NCBI GenBank assembly: GCA_048128005.1 | Contig: JBEUKZ010000008.1 | Span: 682,001 to 724,517, forward strand | Length of the DNA: 42,517 nt | Reading direction: 5' to 3' | Origin: Veleropilina oligotropha | Lineage: Eukaryota | Shown here: positions 1-11,409 of the stretch, piece by piece | Layout: each line of letters begins with the position of its first letter | Position numbering within the stretch: the stretch's first letter is position 1 | Notes under the pieces: generated by a model | The model's database searches: none | Seen by the model: only the letters and a program-made list of their open reading frames with translations | What the model was told of the DNA's origin: nothing | Position numbers and translations under genes: made by a program

Positions 1-10
1 AAAAGCTTTA

Positions 11-124
11 TGTAATAGATAATACACTGCGACATGAGCGTAAAATACACATAACATGCCGAGCGAGAGCGATGTTGTTATGTTTATAACGCCGAAGGGT
101 GGCAGCTGTATTATCTGTTATACA
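11..124. repeat. Imperfect ~114-bp fold-back (hairpin), probable terminus of a non-autonomous DNA element
   Basis: tgtaatagataatacactgc (11-30) pairs with gcagctgtattatctgttataca (102-124); inner arms gcgtaaaatacacataaca / tgttatgtttataacgc surround a GC-rich loop gccgagcgagagcg. Confidence 0.55.
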
Positions 125-224
125 AACCGTGGAAATCTATTGTAAATTGCAAGCTGTCAGCCCTTAAAACATTCAATTGCCCAACATATCGCTCTCATGA
201 GGTGTTACGAGAAATTGACTCTTC

Positions 225-616
225 CATTGGCAAGATAAGAAGATGCATGACTATCAACATGAGTAGCATGTTAACATCGCGTAAAATCAGTACAACTGTC
301 AGAGGGCGTTTGGAAAATAAAACTGCTGCATCTTATCTGGTTAACTTTATTATTACAGTGCCGAGACGTTGACAATAAGGAAAAACTGATGGCGTTTATT
401 TTGGACATGTCATGAGACAGGAGGATATAGGAAAATAATTTTGTTAGGTTGAAGTTGATGGTAAGAGAGGAAGCGGTCGACGAAGACTTTATGAAATGTT
501 AATATTCGAGAGTGAAGGGAAATTAAGATGGCAGAATGCGTGAGAATGACATAATACCTAATGGCATGGGCATCTTAGACAGCCAACCTTCTGGATGGAG
601 ATGACACCTAGAAGAA
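225..616 (+). mobile_element. Degenerate RTE-clade LINE 3' fragment
   Basis: Broken + frames give NMSSMLTSRKIST, YFGHVMR and EVDGKRGSGRRR, resembling the RTE ORF C-terminus (YFGH..R...G.V.GKR.RGRP); ends ...gccaaccttctggatggagatgacacctagaagaa. Confidence 0.65.
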
Positions 617-659
617 TATGACTTCGTTGGGACGTGCAGACTCGATATAATCAGAAGGG

Positions 660-855
660 TAATTCGCATGACTGACTGCTTTGTATGTTCGAGTCCGCGA
701 CGGGACACTCTTCGTTATGTTAACAGGTGTCCGTAACTGGCCGGTAAGAGTAGGAATTTTTTCGGGCTTACGAGCTTTCCGTTTTCCTTTCGCGATAATA
801 TGAACATATCCTGGTATGAACCCAATTAACGTGACATTGAGCATCGATCCAAACC
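660..855 (+). mobile_element. Divergent copy of SINE family A
   Basis: B-box-like gttcgagtcc, then gtccgtaactggccg, cgcgataatatgaacatatcctg and gacattgagcatcgatcc, matching the copies at 8562, 35818 and 41178. Confidence 0.6.
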
Positions 856-930
856 ACAACTTACCCTTTGAAGTTGTTTTCCGTGCTCTTTGTAGTTTTC
901 TGGCAATTTCTAAAATTAGATAATATTGTG

Positions 931-1330
931 CATTGTTCAATATAAGTTGTCGAGCGACGTCGCGGTAAACACGGTGCATTGAATACCGAATGAAGTTGAA
1001 CAATATTATAAGGTATTCAATGGACCGTGTTTACCAAGACGTTGCACGGTAGCGTATTTATCTTGCTTTCACAATGATAAAATTACTAAACAAACTCTTG
1101 ACTTGGCTCATAACGCTGTTGTTATTTATATTCATTAATACCGTGGCAGACGACAACTTCAGTAACGCCTACCTAAGGCTTCCCAAGTGATAATATTTTG
1201 ATTGACACCGACGTATGACGTCAGCCATGGTATAAGCATCCATATACCACGTCTGGCTGGGGTTTACGGCAAATTAGTAAAATGACGTCAGCCAATCAGA
1301 AGAGAGGATGCGCGGCCAAATCAAGATAAT
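931..1330 (-). mobile_element. Non-autonomous hairpin-ended element, inverted paralogue of 39531-40118 (possibly Crypton-like; class uncertain)
   Basis: 931-1050 is reverse-complement similar to ~39985-40118, and 1279-1330 (aaaatgacgtcagccaatcagaagagagg...aatcaagataat) is reverse-complement similar to 39531-39583. Confidence 0.65.
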
Positions 1331-1699
1331 GGGATATGAACATTAAAAGATTACTTCATAAAATTCATGTCTACGGCAGTGATGAAGCAACGCATCTTCG
1401 GTACCGGTACAATTCTCGAGCGAATTAAACAAGTAGTATTAAGTGAATGCTGGTATTAAGAAATAAGCATTACAGGCAACAGGGTGAATGTGTTTAATAA
1501 TGTGAATGACAGTATGTATCTAAATGGCTTGATTTGCCACTTAAACTCATTTAAATAGAAATATTAGTACTTTCAAATCATTTTACATCGTTACAAACAT
1601 ACATCCTTGGGTAAAGTTTCATCTTATTTGTATTAACACTATTCTATATTTGCGCACAGACAGACACACATAAACAAAGAGGCAAACTTACAGAGTTTA

Positions 1700-2290
1700 A
1701 ATAGATTTAAATAGAATTTGTTTGGGTTTAGGAAGCGCATTACTGCCACTCATATTAAAACCCATTGTCGTTTCCGGTCATCTATAGTCTGCCCTGTTTC
1801 TTAAAATAATCATCTATGCGGTTTTTAAATTGGTTTACAGATGTCGATTTTACTACATTACTAAGAAGACTGTTCCATTCATCGACAACCCGATTTGAGA
1901 AAAAGTGTTTTCTAACGTCTAGTCGGAATATTTTTTTGTAAACTTTGTATTTATGGCCCCTGGTAGGTCTTTGGTTCATCTGAAAAAAGTACCTGAATCA
2001 TATCCCCGCGTGTCCTTCTCAAAGACAATGTTGTGAGGTTAAGTGCTCTTAGTCTATCCTCATAAGGTAATTCTCTAAATTCGCCTATCAATTTTGTGGC
2101 TCTTCATTGAACTTGTTCAAGAATTTTGATATCCTTTGCATGTTATGGGTCTCCATGCTTGCACTGCATATTCTAAATGCGGTCTAACCATTTAGGCGTG
2201 TTATGATGACGCTGGATTTAAAATAAAAGTTTCTCTTTATCATTCCCAATATTTGATTTCCCTTTTTAGCTGATTCTGCACATTGATTTG
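1700..2290 (-). mobile_element. CR1-clade LINE 3' fragment (pseudogenised ORF2 C-terminus plus 3' UTR)
   Basis: ORF 1782-1979 reads TRGHKYKVYK..RLDVRKHFFSNRVVDEWNSL..VV.STSVNQFKNRID; upstream broken frames give VRPHLEYAVQAW and RATKLI..FRELPYEDRLRALNL. Similar 3' sequence recurs at ~19050-19140. Confidence 0.85.
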
Positions 2291-2382
2291 AAACAAACAA
2301 AAGTAGAAACGTATTCACCAACTGGGATAAGAAGTCTATATATATCATAATGTTTAAGAAGTCTTTTTTAGGTTTTACTTAC

Positions 2383-2427
2383 TGTTGAGCATATTTCGCT
2401 TGCCAGGCCGACTTTCTTCTGTTTTTC
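2383..2427 (-). CDS. Candidate 45-nt micro-exon (phase 1-1) of the secreted preproprotein gene, encoding (G)KTEESRPGKRNMLN
   Basis: Minus strand reads tttatttgatcag|GAAAAACAG...CTCAACA|gtaagt, with canonical acceptor and strong donor; open and in frame with the phase-1 donor at 3910. Confidence 0.55.
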
Positions 2428-2535
2428 CTGATCAAATAAATGAATGTCACATAATATAATATTTTAGTGAGACATGTATTTAATCTTAATTATATTTGCA
2501 GTTTAAAGTCTCGATGACTTACAATTTTGTATTTC

Positions 2536-2601
2536 GACCTTATAATTATGTGCTTGGATCACCCAAATGACCTTATAATTATGTGCTTGGATCACCCAAA
2601 T
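2536..2601. repeat. Exact 33-bp tandem duplication
   Basis: gaccttataattatgtgcttggatcacccaaat occurs twice (2536-2568, 2569-2601). Confidence 0.95.
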
Positions 2602-2647
2602 GCCGTTTTCTACTTTCATATCAATGGATGCATGGGTGTATGAAATG

Positions 2648-3450
2648 ATAATAATAAAATAATATTTAAGTTAATATTTATATAGCGTCTTTTCCAAAAT
2701 AACTGCTCAAAGATGCGTAGGCGAAACTCCTGTGAAATAGTTGCGTTTTCAGAGTTTCAGAGGACCAGTCAACAAACGTCTTTCTTCTAGTCGATAAATA
2801 TTTAATGCGAACAAAAATAATTCAGATAATTTAAAACGGATAATTTTGAAACTGATTATGTATATGAATGGTGGCAGTGTATCTCCTTGACAATCGTGTT
2901 TGAGATCATGACGTCGCGTGCATGTTATGGGCCCGGCAACACAGCTTATCCCTCTTTGAAGCTTGTCCATGAATTGTCCTTATTCCCCGTAGTTTTGCAG
3001 TAGGCGATGCATGATGCTCGGAGGTGATATTATAGTTAATGAATGATCCCATGACAGGTGCTCGAGTCGTATAATATTATACTGATTGAATGTAATAGCG
3101 AGTCGGCAAATGGCACCAGTTCGTCAGCCAATGGTAAATGATTATTCGAATGCATCCAAGATTCCCTACGTAAGACCTGTATCGAACTTCGCTGATCAAA
3201 GAAGGCAATCTGAATGCTTTCAGCGTTGGTTTGATGCTTCTAATTATTGTCTTAGTTTGGTCGGCTTGAGAAGATGAGTTGACATATCTCTGATATCTTC
3301 GATGATAAGGGCATGGTAAAAGTAGGCTGCGTCTGGATGAAATACCGGAAGAGATGATCTGATATAGAACTGAAAATCATCGATCGACATACATGGTGTA
3401 AACCCATACTCTGTGGAGTTGGGCAGTCACAGTGGTTCATAACTGACCGA
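2648..3450 (-). mobile_element. Highly decayed L2/Crack-type LINE 3' fragment
   Basis: Minus-strand traces KLQR..S.VA..IT.TRRHD, I.FKI, GNLGC and GPLKL resemble the L2 RT C-terminus; L2-like 3' end (gacgctatataaat followed by TAT repeats) at ~2648-2690. Confidence 0.5.
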
Positions 3451-3560
3451 GACGGGCGATACTATGGACATGTCATGATACCCTTCATGAATTATCGCGG
3501 TATTTATACTATGAACACTGGTGTCATAATGCGCCATTAATTCACAAAGACTATACTTGC

Positions 3561-3879
3561 CAGGGGCGGATGGAGGATTTTGCTAAGGGGGGTCCAACTT
3601 TCATAAAATATACTATCAACTGTTCGCGTGGGGGCGGGGCCCCCACGCGAAAGAAAATTTTGACAATCAACAGCCTGAAACCTCCTCTCCTGCACTCTGA
3701 CAGCAAAAGCGAGATTTCTTACCAACATTTATGAACCATTTTCACTAAAATGTATGGGTAATTTTCATTTTTGTCACAATCTAACACATTGAGTTTTTTA
3801 ATGGCCAAGGCAAAAGGGCACTTGGTCCGTCAAGGGGGGTCCGACCCCCATGGACCCCCCCCCCCTGGATCCGCCCCTG
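3561..3879. mobile_element. MITE with CAGGGGCGGAT TIRs and a 5-bp TSD (CTTGC)
   Basis: cttgc|caggggcggat ... atccgcccctg|cttgc; internal sequence shared with 19454-19941. Confidence 0.9.
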
Positions 3880-3909
3880 CTTGCTAACGCCAAAACTATA
3901 CAAACATAC

Positions 3910-4222
3910 CCATGTCAGGCTTCAGAAGAATAGGCAGATCTTCAGGTCTGGTGCCGTTCCTGTATGCTTCATTCCTGCGCTCTACTAAATGCTGAGTTTC
4001 GTCAATGATGTTCTTTAGTTTCCTGTTCATATCTTTTGCTCGCTCCAGCATCATCAACACGGAGTCGTTCATGAAGAAGTCTCCGTGATTGGTTACTTCT
4101 GCGCCGGTTCCGGTATCACCAACCTCGATCTGACCAACGTCTACCACAGGTGGCGCGTCAATCGGCAATGACGGTTGAGACGCAACCGTCCAAACCAAAA
4201 CAGCAAGGATAATCTTCATCAT
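3910..4222 (-). CDS. First coding exon of a candidate secreted preproprotein (signal peptide plus pro-region)
   Basis: MMKIILAVLVWTVASQP.. has basic n-, hydrophobic h- and small-residue c-regions. Acceptor ttttaacag| precedes 4239, just upstream of the ATG; donor G|gtatgt at 3910/3909. Higher GC than flanks, non-repetitive, with N-glycosylation sequons NDS and NGT. Confidence 0.6.
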
Positions 4223-4299
4223 GTCCCGAAGACTACGATCTGTTAAAATATATAATGTGACGATAGATATGATGATTTAATTGTATCACAACATTTGAT

Positions 4300-4640
4300 T
4301 ACCCGATGTTGCGGCTTTATTTATAAGAGATTGACAGCAATCTTTGGACAGTCGGAGGTCTGTGCGTGTTTCTGCATGCACGGTAATGCACGCCCTCAAA
4401 AGGCATGTGTTGCTGACCTCAGTTTGGATCCCCAGGCATGAATATCTTCGGCATGTTTTGGGCCGCAGTGTTCGCAACAGACCTCGGCTTTTGAAAAGAT
4501 TGGGAATGTCATGCTTCAAATTGGCTTACAATTTAATACCAAGGGAGATAATTCACCATTATATCTCCAGTATATTTGGTCCGGAACCATGCATTATCTG
4601 TCCTACGAAGAATCCACAACGTCATTTGTTCCTTCAAATA
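4300..4640 (-). pseudogene. Possible very old Tc1-like transposase C-terminal remnant
   Basis: Faint minus-strand traces (TDNA, a PI/EH-like segment, RACITVHAETRT) in the order expected for the Tc1 DDE C-terminus. Confidence 0.3.
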
Positions 4641-4934
4641 TCATAAATAAAACATATTCTTAGGTTTATTACTTATCACGAATGAATATTGTTAGATGGA
4701 CATAACCCACATAAGTGACTTTGACCGGCCGGTTGTCTGTGCCTGCTATACGGAAACCGTGTTGTGATTTTTTAATTTAAATGCTTATAATTATTTTCCA
4801 TTTAAAAGACATTCTTATTTTACTTATAATTATTAGCATAACGTTACATTTTAATTCATATAATTAACTGCGCTGTCGATTCTAACGAAACCGAACTACT
4901 AACGTTGTATATAAAGGTGATGCTACCTAATAGG

Positions 4935-5215
4935 AAATATAATTTGAACAATCTATCAGAATCGATTAGAAATTCTCCAACATTAGCTTCATTTAAAAAA
5001 TCTCTTACTCCTGAAAACTCAAAACCGTCTTGCTTCGTAACTAACAGACGCCTTGACGTTATTCATAGAAAGTTACGATGAAATTGCAGTGCTTTAAATT
5101 ACGATCTTTTTGCAAGCCACATCACAGCATCTCCAGCTTGCTCATGTGATTTCCCTACAGAACATTATTATGTTGTATTGTGTAAATTAATCGAATCAAA
5201 TCAAATATTTTTTAG
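4935..5215 (+). mobile_element. CR1-group LINE 3' fragment with a Cys/His C-terminal motif
   Basis: NNLSESIRNSPTLASFKKSL ... RRLDVIHRKLR*NCSALNYDLF..HITASPACSC..P.EH, with stops. Confidence 0.65.
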
Positions 5216-5506
5216 AGTATCTAAATAGTAAGGTTTGACTTGCCTTTTTTATAATGTTGTTTACGATGCTCATTCACCAATATATGATTCAGACAACTTC
5301 TCTTTATGACTTTACAATACCAAAGCAATGGCAATTACGGATAAAATAGATTTACTTTACAAAGAACCTAATGATAATGTGGAATAATGTCTCATTCTTT
5401 TGCGTATCAATTTATGGATTATCGAACAGAGAACAAACACTGCTATTGTGCCATAATGACGAAAGTGTTGAGTTGTTAATGAGAGTTAAAAAATGCGCGA
5501 ACTTAC

Positions 5507-5558
5507 CGTATTGAGATAAAGCACCTGCTGTCTGATTCTTTTACTTTCAGAATATATA
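5507..5558 (-). promoter_or_regulatory. Candidate TATA-like box, initiator and short non-coding first exon of the secreted-protein gene
   Basis: Minus strand TATATATT (5558-5551), Inr-like TCAGA about 25 nt downstream, then strong donor TACG|GTAAGT at 5507/5506. Confidence 0.35.
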
Positions 5559-5649
5559 CAAGCCATGTATCTTGATTATCATATGAGTGACAGGTTATTG
5601 CTTATTTGGTGCACATTATTCTCGTTAATGACGATCTCCAATTGTCTTT

Positions 5650-6564
5650 GGGCATATTCGATTTACCACACAGAAGTGCTTCCGAAAACAGAATAAATAA
5701 TTGTTTGTACTTGATTTGCCAGAATGACTTCAACAGAAGCAGACAGAAGTGCTTCTAATGCTTCCAACTTGAACATGGAAGCAAAAGAAGCCCCACCAGG
5801 TGGCAGTACGAATTATGTAGATAAAATGGCGTCACGTATGGATGTTTGTGCGCCCAAAGCACTGTTGTTAGTCAATAGGTCCCAAAAATTATAAATAAAT
5901 CGCTTTTTAAAGTTAACATGCCGATGCTGCATTTGAAAATTGTAAATAAAGACAGAAATTGAAAGTTAAATGTGCGAAATCGGTAAATACTCGCATTATC
6001 ATGGACACGATTAATCCTTTAATATACGAGACCGGGTTGACGTGCCTTTATTTACATACGTTGTGTGCGAAGGAAAATTTCAATGATTTGTACACGTGGG
6101 ACAAAGCAGAGAATCGACATTTTGCTATAATACGGCGAACGCAATGCGTCAAAAACTTATAAATATACGTGGCGATCTCGGTCGCTTTCAGTAAATCATA
6201 AAAGAAATACTTCGATATATATTAATCATAATCAAGGATACGCTATGCATATAAAAACCTAACCGATATTGCAAGAAATATTATCGGTGTGGTTGTTTTA
6301 AACATCAATTCAATCAAACAAAGCACATACGAACTTCGTAAATAATGCGTTAACCGTAAAGGCGCAATTAAATATTTATTTTGTAAGTAATTTATTTTTT
6401 GGTACAATATGATTATTGCATCAGATATGACCACCTCGTTGTCCGCCATTATGGTGATGTGCTCTTTTGCGTCTGTCCGCTTCATTTACAGTTGCTTCTG
6501 AAAAACTTCGAATCACTTCTGTTGCTCTTCTTCCTATTCTGGAAGTGGTAAATCGAATATGCCC
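5650..6564. mobile_element. MITE with GGGCATATTCGATTTACCAC TIRs and a 3-bp TSD (TTT); PIF/Harbinger-like
   Basis: Perfect 20-bp TIR (5650-5669 / 6545-6564) flanked by ttt on both sides; subterminal cagaag/cttctg repeats. Confidence 0.85.
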
Positions 6565-6729
6565 TTTGTTTTGGCACGCCTAGGGTCGTAATTCTCTTTG
6601 TTTCGCATGGTGACATATTGCACAATATTGTCTCTTAGTTCGTAATACAAATAATGACAATGTGCAGAGTTATTAGTTAAATATAGTATTAATTATGACA
6701 GAAAGCAATGGTTATTTACGATGAACGCA

Positions 6730-8514
6730 AAACAGGACAAGAAGTGTGGGAGCCACACATTATCGCATCGGCTTTGTTGTAATTGATGGGGTGTAGATTT
6801 TTAAATTGATAAAGCGGAATAACTGCGCAAAAGCTTTTCAAAATTCTAGCAAAATTTAACTTGACCTCCTGTGCTTTATTTTCAACACATTCACAAGATT
6901 TGAACAATACCTGATGTGAGGTTCTGGAGATAATTGACGGAAACCAAGTTTTTATGTCGAAAAAGGGAGACAACTGTGGAAATATTTGTCGAAGTTCTGC
7001 CGAAATCGAATTGACCTGGAAATGAGTCATATGATTTGAACGACATCCGATGCGCGGTCATGAAGATAATTGATGAAAGCGTTTGACAAATGGCCAGGAA
7101 CAGGCTGTTGCATACATACATGAAGGTTCATGTCCCTCAGTCAAATAGTATGGAAGATATGGAGCGGAAGGGAATTTTAGACTGAATGCGGTCAATTGTA
7201 AAACGTAGGTCGCGCCGTGGTGACCTACTTTCGGTACGTGGCATACCTTTCAGTTATGACGCATACACATATGAAGTTTCATGTCCCTCGGCCAAATAGT
7301 ATTGGAGATATGGAGCGAAAGGAAATTTTGGACCAAATGTGGTCAAGCGGGAAAAGTAGGGCGCGGTGACCTACTTTTGATATGCGACACACCTTTGGGT
7401 TATGACGCGTAAACACATCAAGTTTCGTGTCCCTTGGTGAAATAGTATGGAAGATATGGAGCGGAAGTGAATTTGGACCAAATGCGGTCAAGTTCGAAAA
7501 TAGGTCGCAGTGACCTACTTTCGGTACGCGACACCTTTGGGTTATGGCGCATACACGCATCAAGTTTCATGTCCCTCGATCAAATAGTATGGGAGATATG
7601 GAACGGAAGGGAATTTAGGATTAAATGCAGTCAAGCATGAAAAGTAGGTCGTGGTGAACTACTTTCGGTACGCGACACACCTTTGGGTTATGACGCATGC
7701 AAACATCAAGTTTCGTGTCCCTCGGTCAAATAGTATGGGAGTTATGGAGCGAAAGGGGATTTTGGATTAAGTGCAGTCAAGCATGAAAAATAGGTCGTGG
7801 TGACCTACTATTGGTACTCGACACACATTTTGGTTATGACGCATGCACACATCACGTTTCGTGTTCCTCGGTCAAATAGTGTTCGAGATATGGATCGAGC
7901 GGAAGGGAATTTGCAACAGACCGACAGACAGATGGACAGACAAGCTGACTCCTATATGCCTCTCTATACTTCGTTTGTGGGGGCATAATAATACCAAATT
8001 CAATAGTCATCTAGTTTATGGTCCAAGAAACCTGCATACCAAATTTGAACTTTCTAGTCATCACCGTTTTGGCGATATCCTGTTCACGTCATCAAAAACG
8101 AAATTTTTGTCGAAAAGGGGGATAACTGTGCAAATATTTGTCGGAATATATATCAAATTCAATATAGGAACCTCGTTTATGTGCCAATAAACGTGCTTAC
8201 CAAATGTGAACCCCCTATAGCTATTACGATATTCCTGATATCCTGTTCACGTCGTCAGAAGCGGATTTTTTTTCGAAAAAGGAGGATAACTGTGTAACAT
8301 TTATTTCGAAAAGGGAGGGTAACTGTGTAAATATTTGTCGGAGTAACCTTTTCAATAACAACCTTGTTTATATCCCAATGAACCTGCATACCAAATTTTA
8401 ACTCTCTAGCTCACGGTTTTCCTGATATCGTGTTCACGTCGTCTATACGGACAGACGGGTGGACTACGTGACGACATAATCCCACGTTTTTTTAAAAACC
8501 TGATGGTATAAAAA
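6730..8514 (-). mobile_element. Two nested or adjacent Helentron-type non-autonomous elements (HINE-like)
   Basis: Two ends of the form (caga)n microsatellite plus hairpin plus A-rich flank at ~7915-7990 and ~8445-8514; units sharing gtcgaaaaagggagataactgtg lie on both sides (~6955 and 8110-8340) of an inner array of a different unit. Confidence 0.65.
7115..7912. repeat. ~146-bp tandem array (about 5.5 copies) inside the HINE-like element
   Basis: Unit anchor t(c/g)aagtttc(a/g)tgtccctcggtcaaatagtatgg at 7121, 7272, 7418, 7560, 7706 and 7852. Confidence 0.9.
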
Positions 8515-8561
8515 CCGGATATAACGTCATCATGCACACCCACCATTGTCCAAATTCAAGT

Positions 8562-8830
8562 GGCCGCTTCGGCAGCGCAGTGGGTAAGAGTGTCCACTCT
8601 AAATTCACTGGCTTGATTCCGCTAATGCGAACAGTAGTGGGTTCAATACCTGGCTGAGGCATTGACATTTGTTCAAGTTATGAATCACAGTTGTTCGCGA
8701 CTGGCCGAAGAGGGTGGGTTTACCCGGGCGACCGGGGTTTCCCCCGCGATAACACGGACATGTCCTGCCTTGAACCTCGATGTTATAAATATACAGGACA
8801 TTAAGCATCATTCCTCCCTCCTCCCTCCCT
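8562..8830 (+). mobile_element. tRNA-derived SINE family A, full length, with V-domain-like core
   Basis: A box cagcgcagtgg, B box ggttcaatacc, core gggtttacccgggcgaccggggtttccc, (CCT/CCCT)n tail; TSD tccaaattcaa / tccaagttcaa; near-identical to 35818-36080. Confidence 0.9.
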
Positions 8831-10126
8831 CCAAGTTCAATGGATAAGTTCTTGGACCACTGCCAATCCGTCCACAGAATATAACCATAATAATATTTAC
8901 TTTAACATTTCTAGCAACTTTCAAGATGACGAACACTTTGGCATCTATTTTGTCCAAAGTTTTAACACCGAAGCTTAAAAGAAAAATAATTGTGTAAACG
9001 AACAACCGACTTCTCGACGCATTTCCTGCTACTTGGTATCTTGCGACTTAGCTAATTATTTTAGTATTCTCCTGAATATTCGGTTTTGGAATCCATTATA
9101 ATATTTATAAGTGAAATTGACAATAATATTCAATTTAAATTAGTTTAATACTAATAAGTGAATGTTGTAGATTTCTTGGAGATACATTGCTTTCTTTTGG
9201 CATTAACTATACAATACTTTGATGATTATACCGTTTGACGTAATAACGTCTTAAAATTATCATAATGTTCAACGGAGCATTAAAACACCAAAAACTACGT
9301 ACGTCATCGCAATAACCTGCAACTCATGAATAATTGATGTTGAAAGATATGAATATCTCATTACATATGCATGGGAATTATGTAAATAAATGGTGACAGG
9401 TTCTGCATCAATACAGTAGTTATATATGCTGCCTAGTAGCGTTGCACAAAATCTGGATCGGTTTCCGGTATCTACGAATTTCCATGGACAAGAAATTAGC
9501 ATATAATAGTTATTTGTCTATACTCACCCAGCCGATTTGATTCTGGAATTGGTTGACAGTATGTAAGTCACAGCGTATCCCGTGTGTGGTGACTGTTACG
9601 ATAGTATTTGAATATAGCATGACCATAACCAGGGAGTCATTTGTGAAGACTAGACGTGTGGGCTCCTGGAATATCAAGACTATTAACGTCCTTCTTGATT
9701 GACACCAAGTAGATACCGAGAAACGAACGAGAACAGAAGGACATACATACAAACCGATTCAATTGCAATACCTTCTCCTACCACTACCTTGACGACGGTA
9801 GCAATGCGACCACGAAACGGCATTGCCTTATAATGCATGCGTATATTGGTTCCATTGCACCATGTGATTTTAATTCGGCCTACAGGTAGTCATATTGCGT
9901 CCACCATCACCAGCAACCAAAGGATTACCTCAACACGTCACATTGAAATTCGCTGGGTGACCTAGTTTTCCTCCAGTGAAAGCATGGACATATTCTAGAA
10001 GTGTGACACTGAATTACGCTTTCAACACAAAAATCAAAGGTTCAATCCAACAACATTATAAACACATTGTTTGGAGTATTATTATATTGTCTTATTGATG
10101 TCTTTATGTTATTACTGATCGTTTCA

Positions 10127-11080
10127 ACAGTCGTGTGGTTCCGGTTGCAGCCTCTGAAGACACTGGTTTAATTCCGCTGACACGAACAGTAATGGGTTCG
10201 AATCTCAGTTAGGACATTGTCATTTTTGGCTCGCCTGTTAGGCAGGGCTATATATATTCGTGGACTGGAGTACGTCTAGTCGGCGTACCTCAACTTGTAT
10301 ACCTTAAGGCCTTGCTTATGTTCAAAGATGGGGTCACTGAGTCAAAGGTCAACGTCGTTTTCGTGTATTGCCAAGCTGGACTTGGAAGATTGCTTTCTGT
10401 CAAATAGAAGACGAACCGCTGGACCTACGCTTTTAATATTTGGTATACACCTTGTATACCATCAGGCCTTGCGTATGTTGAAATATGGGGTCACTGGTTC
10501 AAAGGTCAGGGTCATTTTCGTGATGGGGTCACTTGGTCAAACGTCAAGGTCGTTTTTGTGTATTTCCAATCTGAATTTGGAAGATTGCTTTCCTTCAAAT
10601 AGAAGACGAACCGCTGGATCTACGCTACAAAGGTCAAGGTCATTTTCGTGTATTTCCGTTTGGTCTTGCAAGATTCCTTTCTGTCACATAGAAGACGAAC
10701 CCCTAGACCTACGCTTTTATTATTTGGTATACACCTTGTGTACCGCCAGGCCTTGCTGAAGTTCAAAGATGGGGTCACTTGGTCTAAGGTCAAGTTCATA
10801 TGAACTATTGTAAAATATATACTTTCAGACAGTTACTATGAAATTTATTATAAAGTTATTGATTATTTAATATCTATGGATGCATTATATACAAAAGGTG
10901 GGCCAGTATGATGAGCATATCTCTAGTTTGTTCAGATATGAATCACAGTTGTCCGTAACTGGTCGGAGAGGGCAGGTTTCCCGGACGACAAAGCTTTCCT
11001 AACATGATAATATGGACATGTCCTGCTTTGAATTTAATGGTTGGAAATATACAGGACATTAAGCATCGATCCTTTCCTTT
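10127..11080 (+). mobile_element. SINE family A copy split by a HINE insertion (5' part 10127-10224, 3' part 10927-11080)
   Basis: The two halves join to match the intact copy at 41178-41420 (..gacattatttgttcagttatgaatcacag..). Confidence 0.85.
10225..10928 (+). mobile_element. Helentron-associated interspersed element (HINE-like) with internal tandem repeats
   Basis: Starts in a T-run (tttttggctcgcctg); 3' subterminal inverted match aggtgggcc; ends ctctagtt; internal units with atggggtcact..gtcaaaggtcaa and tagaagacgaaccgctggacctacgct. Confidence 0.75.
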
Positions 11081-11409
11081 CATGCAGCTTTGAGGGGGGC
11101 GAATGGAAATGGATTGATATAACACTTATTGCTCAAGTACAATAATCTCTTCAAGAAAAATGACATTTTATGCTGGATATCGAGCCATAAATATACAGGA
11201 CGTTAATCATCTAATCCAATCTATATTATAGCTATTTTTAAGATATCATTTTCAGTTATCCATAAAAAATATCCGGACGCCCATTGACGGAGTATATTTA
11301 CGTCGCTCGAATCCCCAGCTTTGTGGAGATAATGGTCACATTTTTTCATAACTAGATGGTACACCCCCCCCCCCCCCCTCCGATTATATATATCCTGATA
11401 TGAGCATGA

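Noticed and set aside
553..607. Next exon of the secreted-protein gene (ttctag|GTGTC.., would encode SVISIQKVGCLRCPCH*)
   Set aside because: It lies antisense within the RTE LINE remnant, so the acceptor is probably fortuitous.
608..1003. 131-aa ORF, and similar ORFs at 10295-10759, 14464-15146 and 33553-34005
   Set aside because: They span SINE, MITE or HINE sequence and carry no recognisable protein motifs.
8605..8847. Paralogous small ORFs MLNVLYIYNIEVQGRTCPC (also 35756-36064)
   Set aside because: They are antisense readings of SINE family A.
8845..8940. RT remnant (VLGPL..., FQDD)
   Set aside because: Too short and decayed to support a call.
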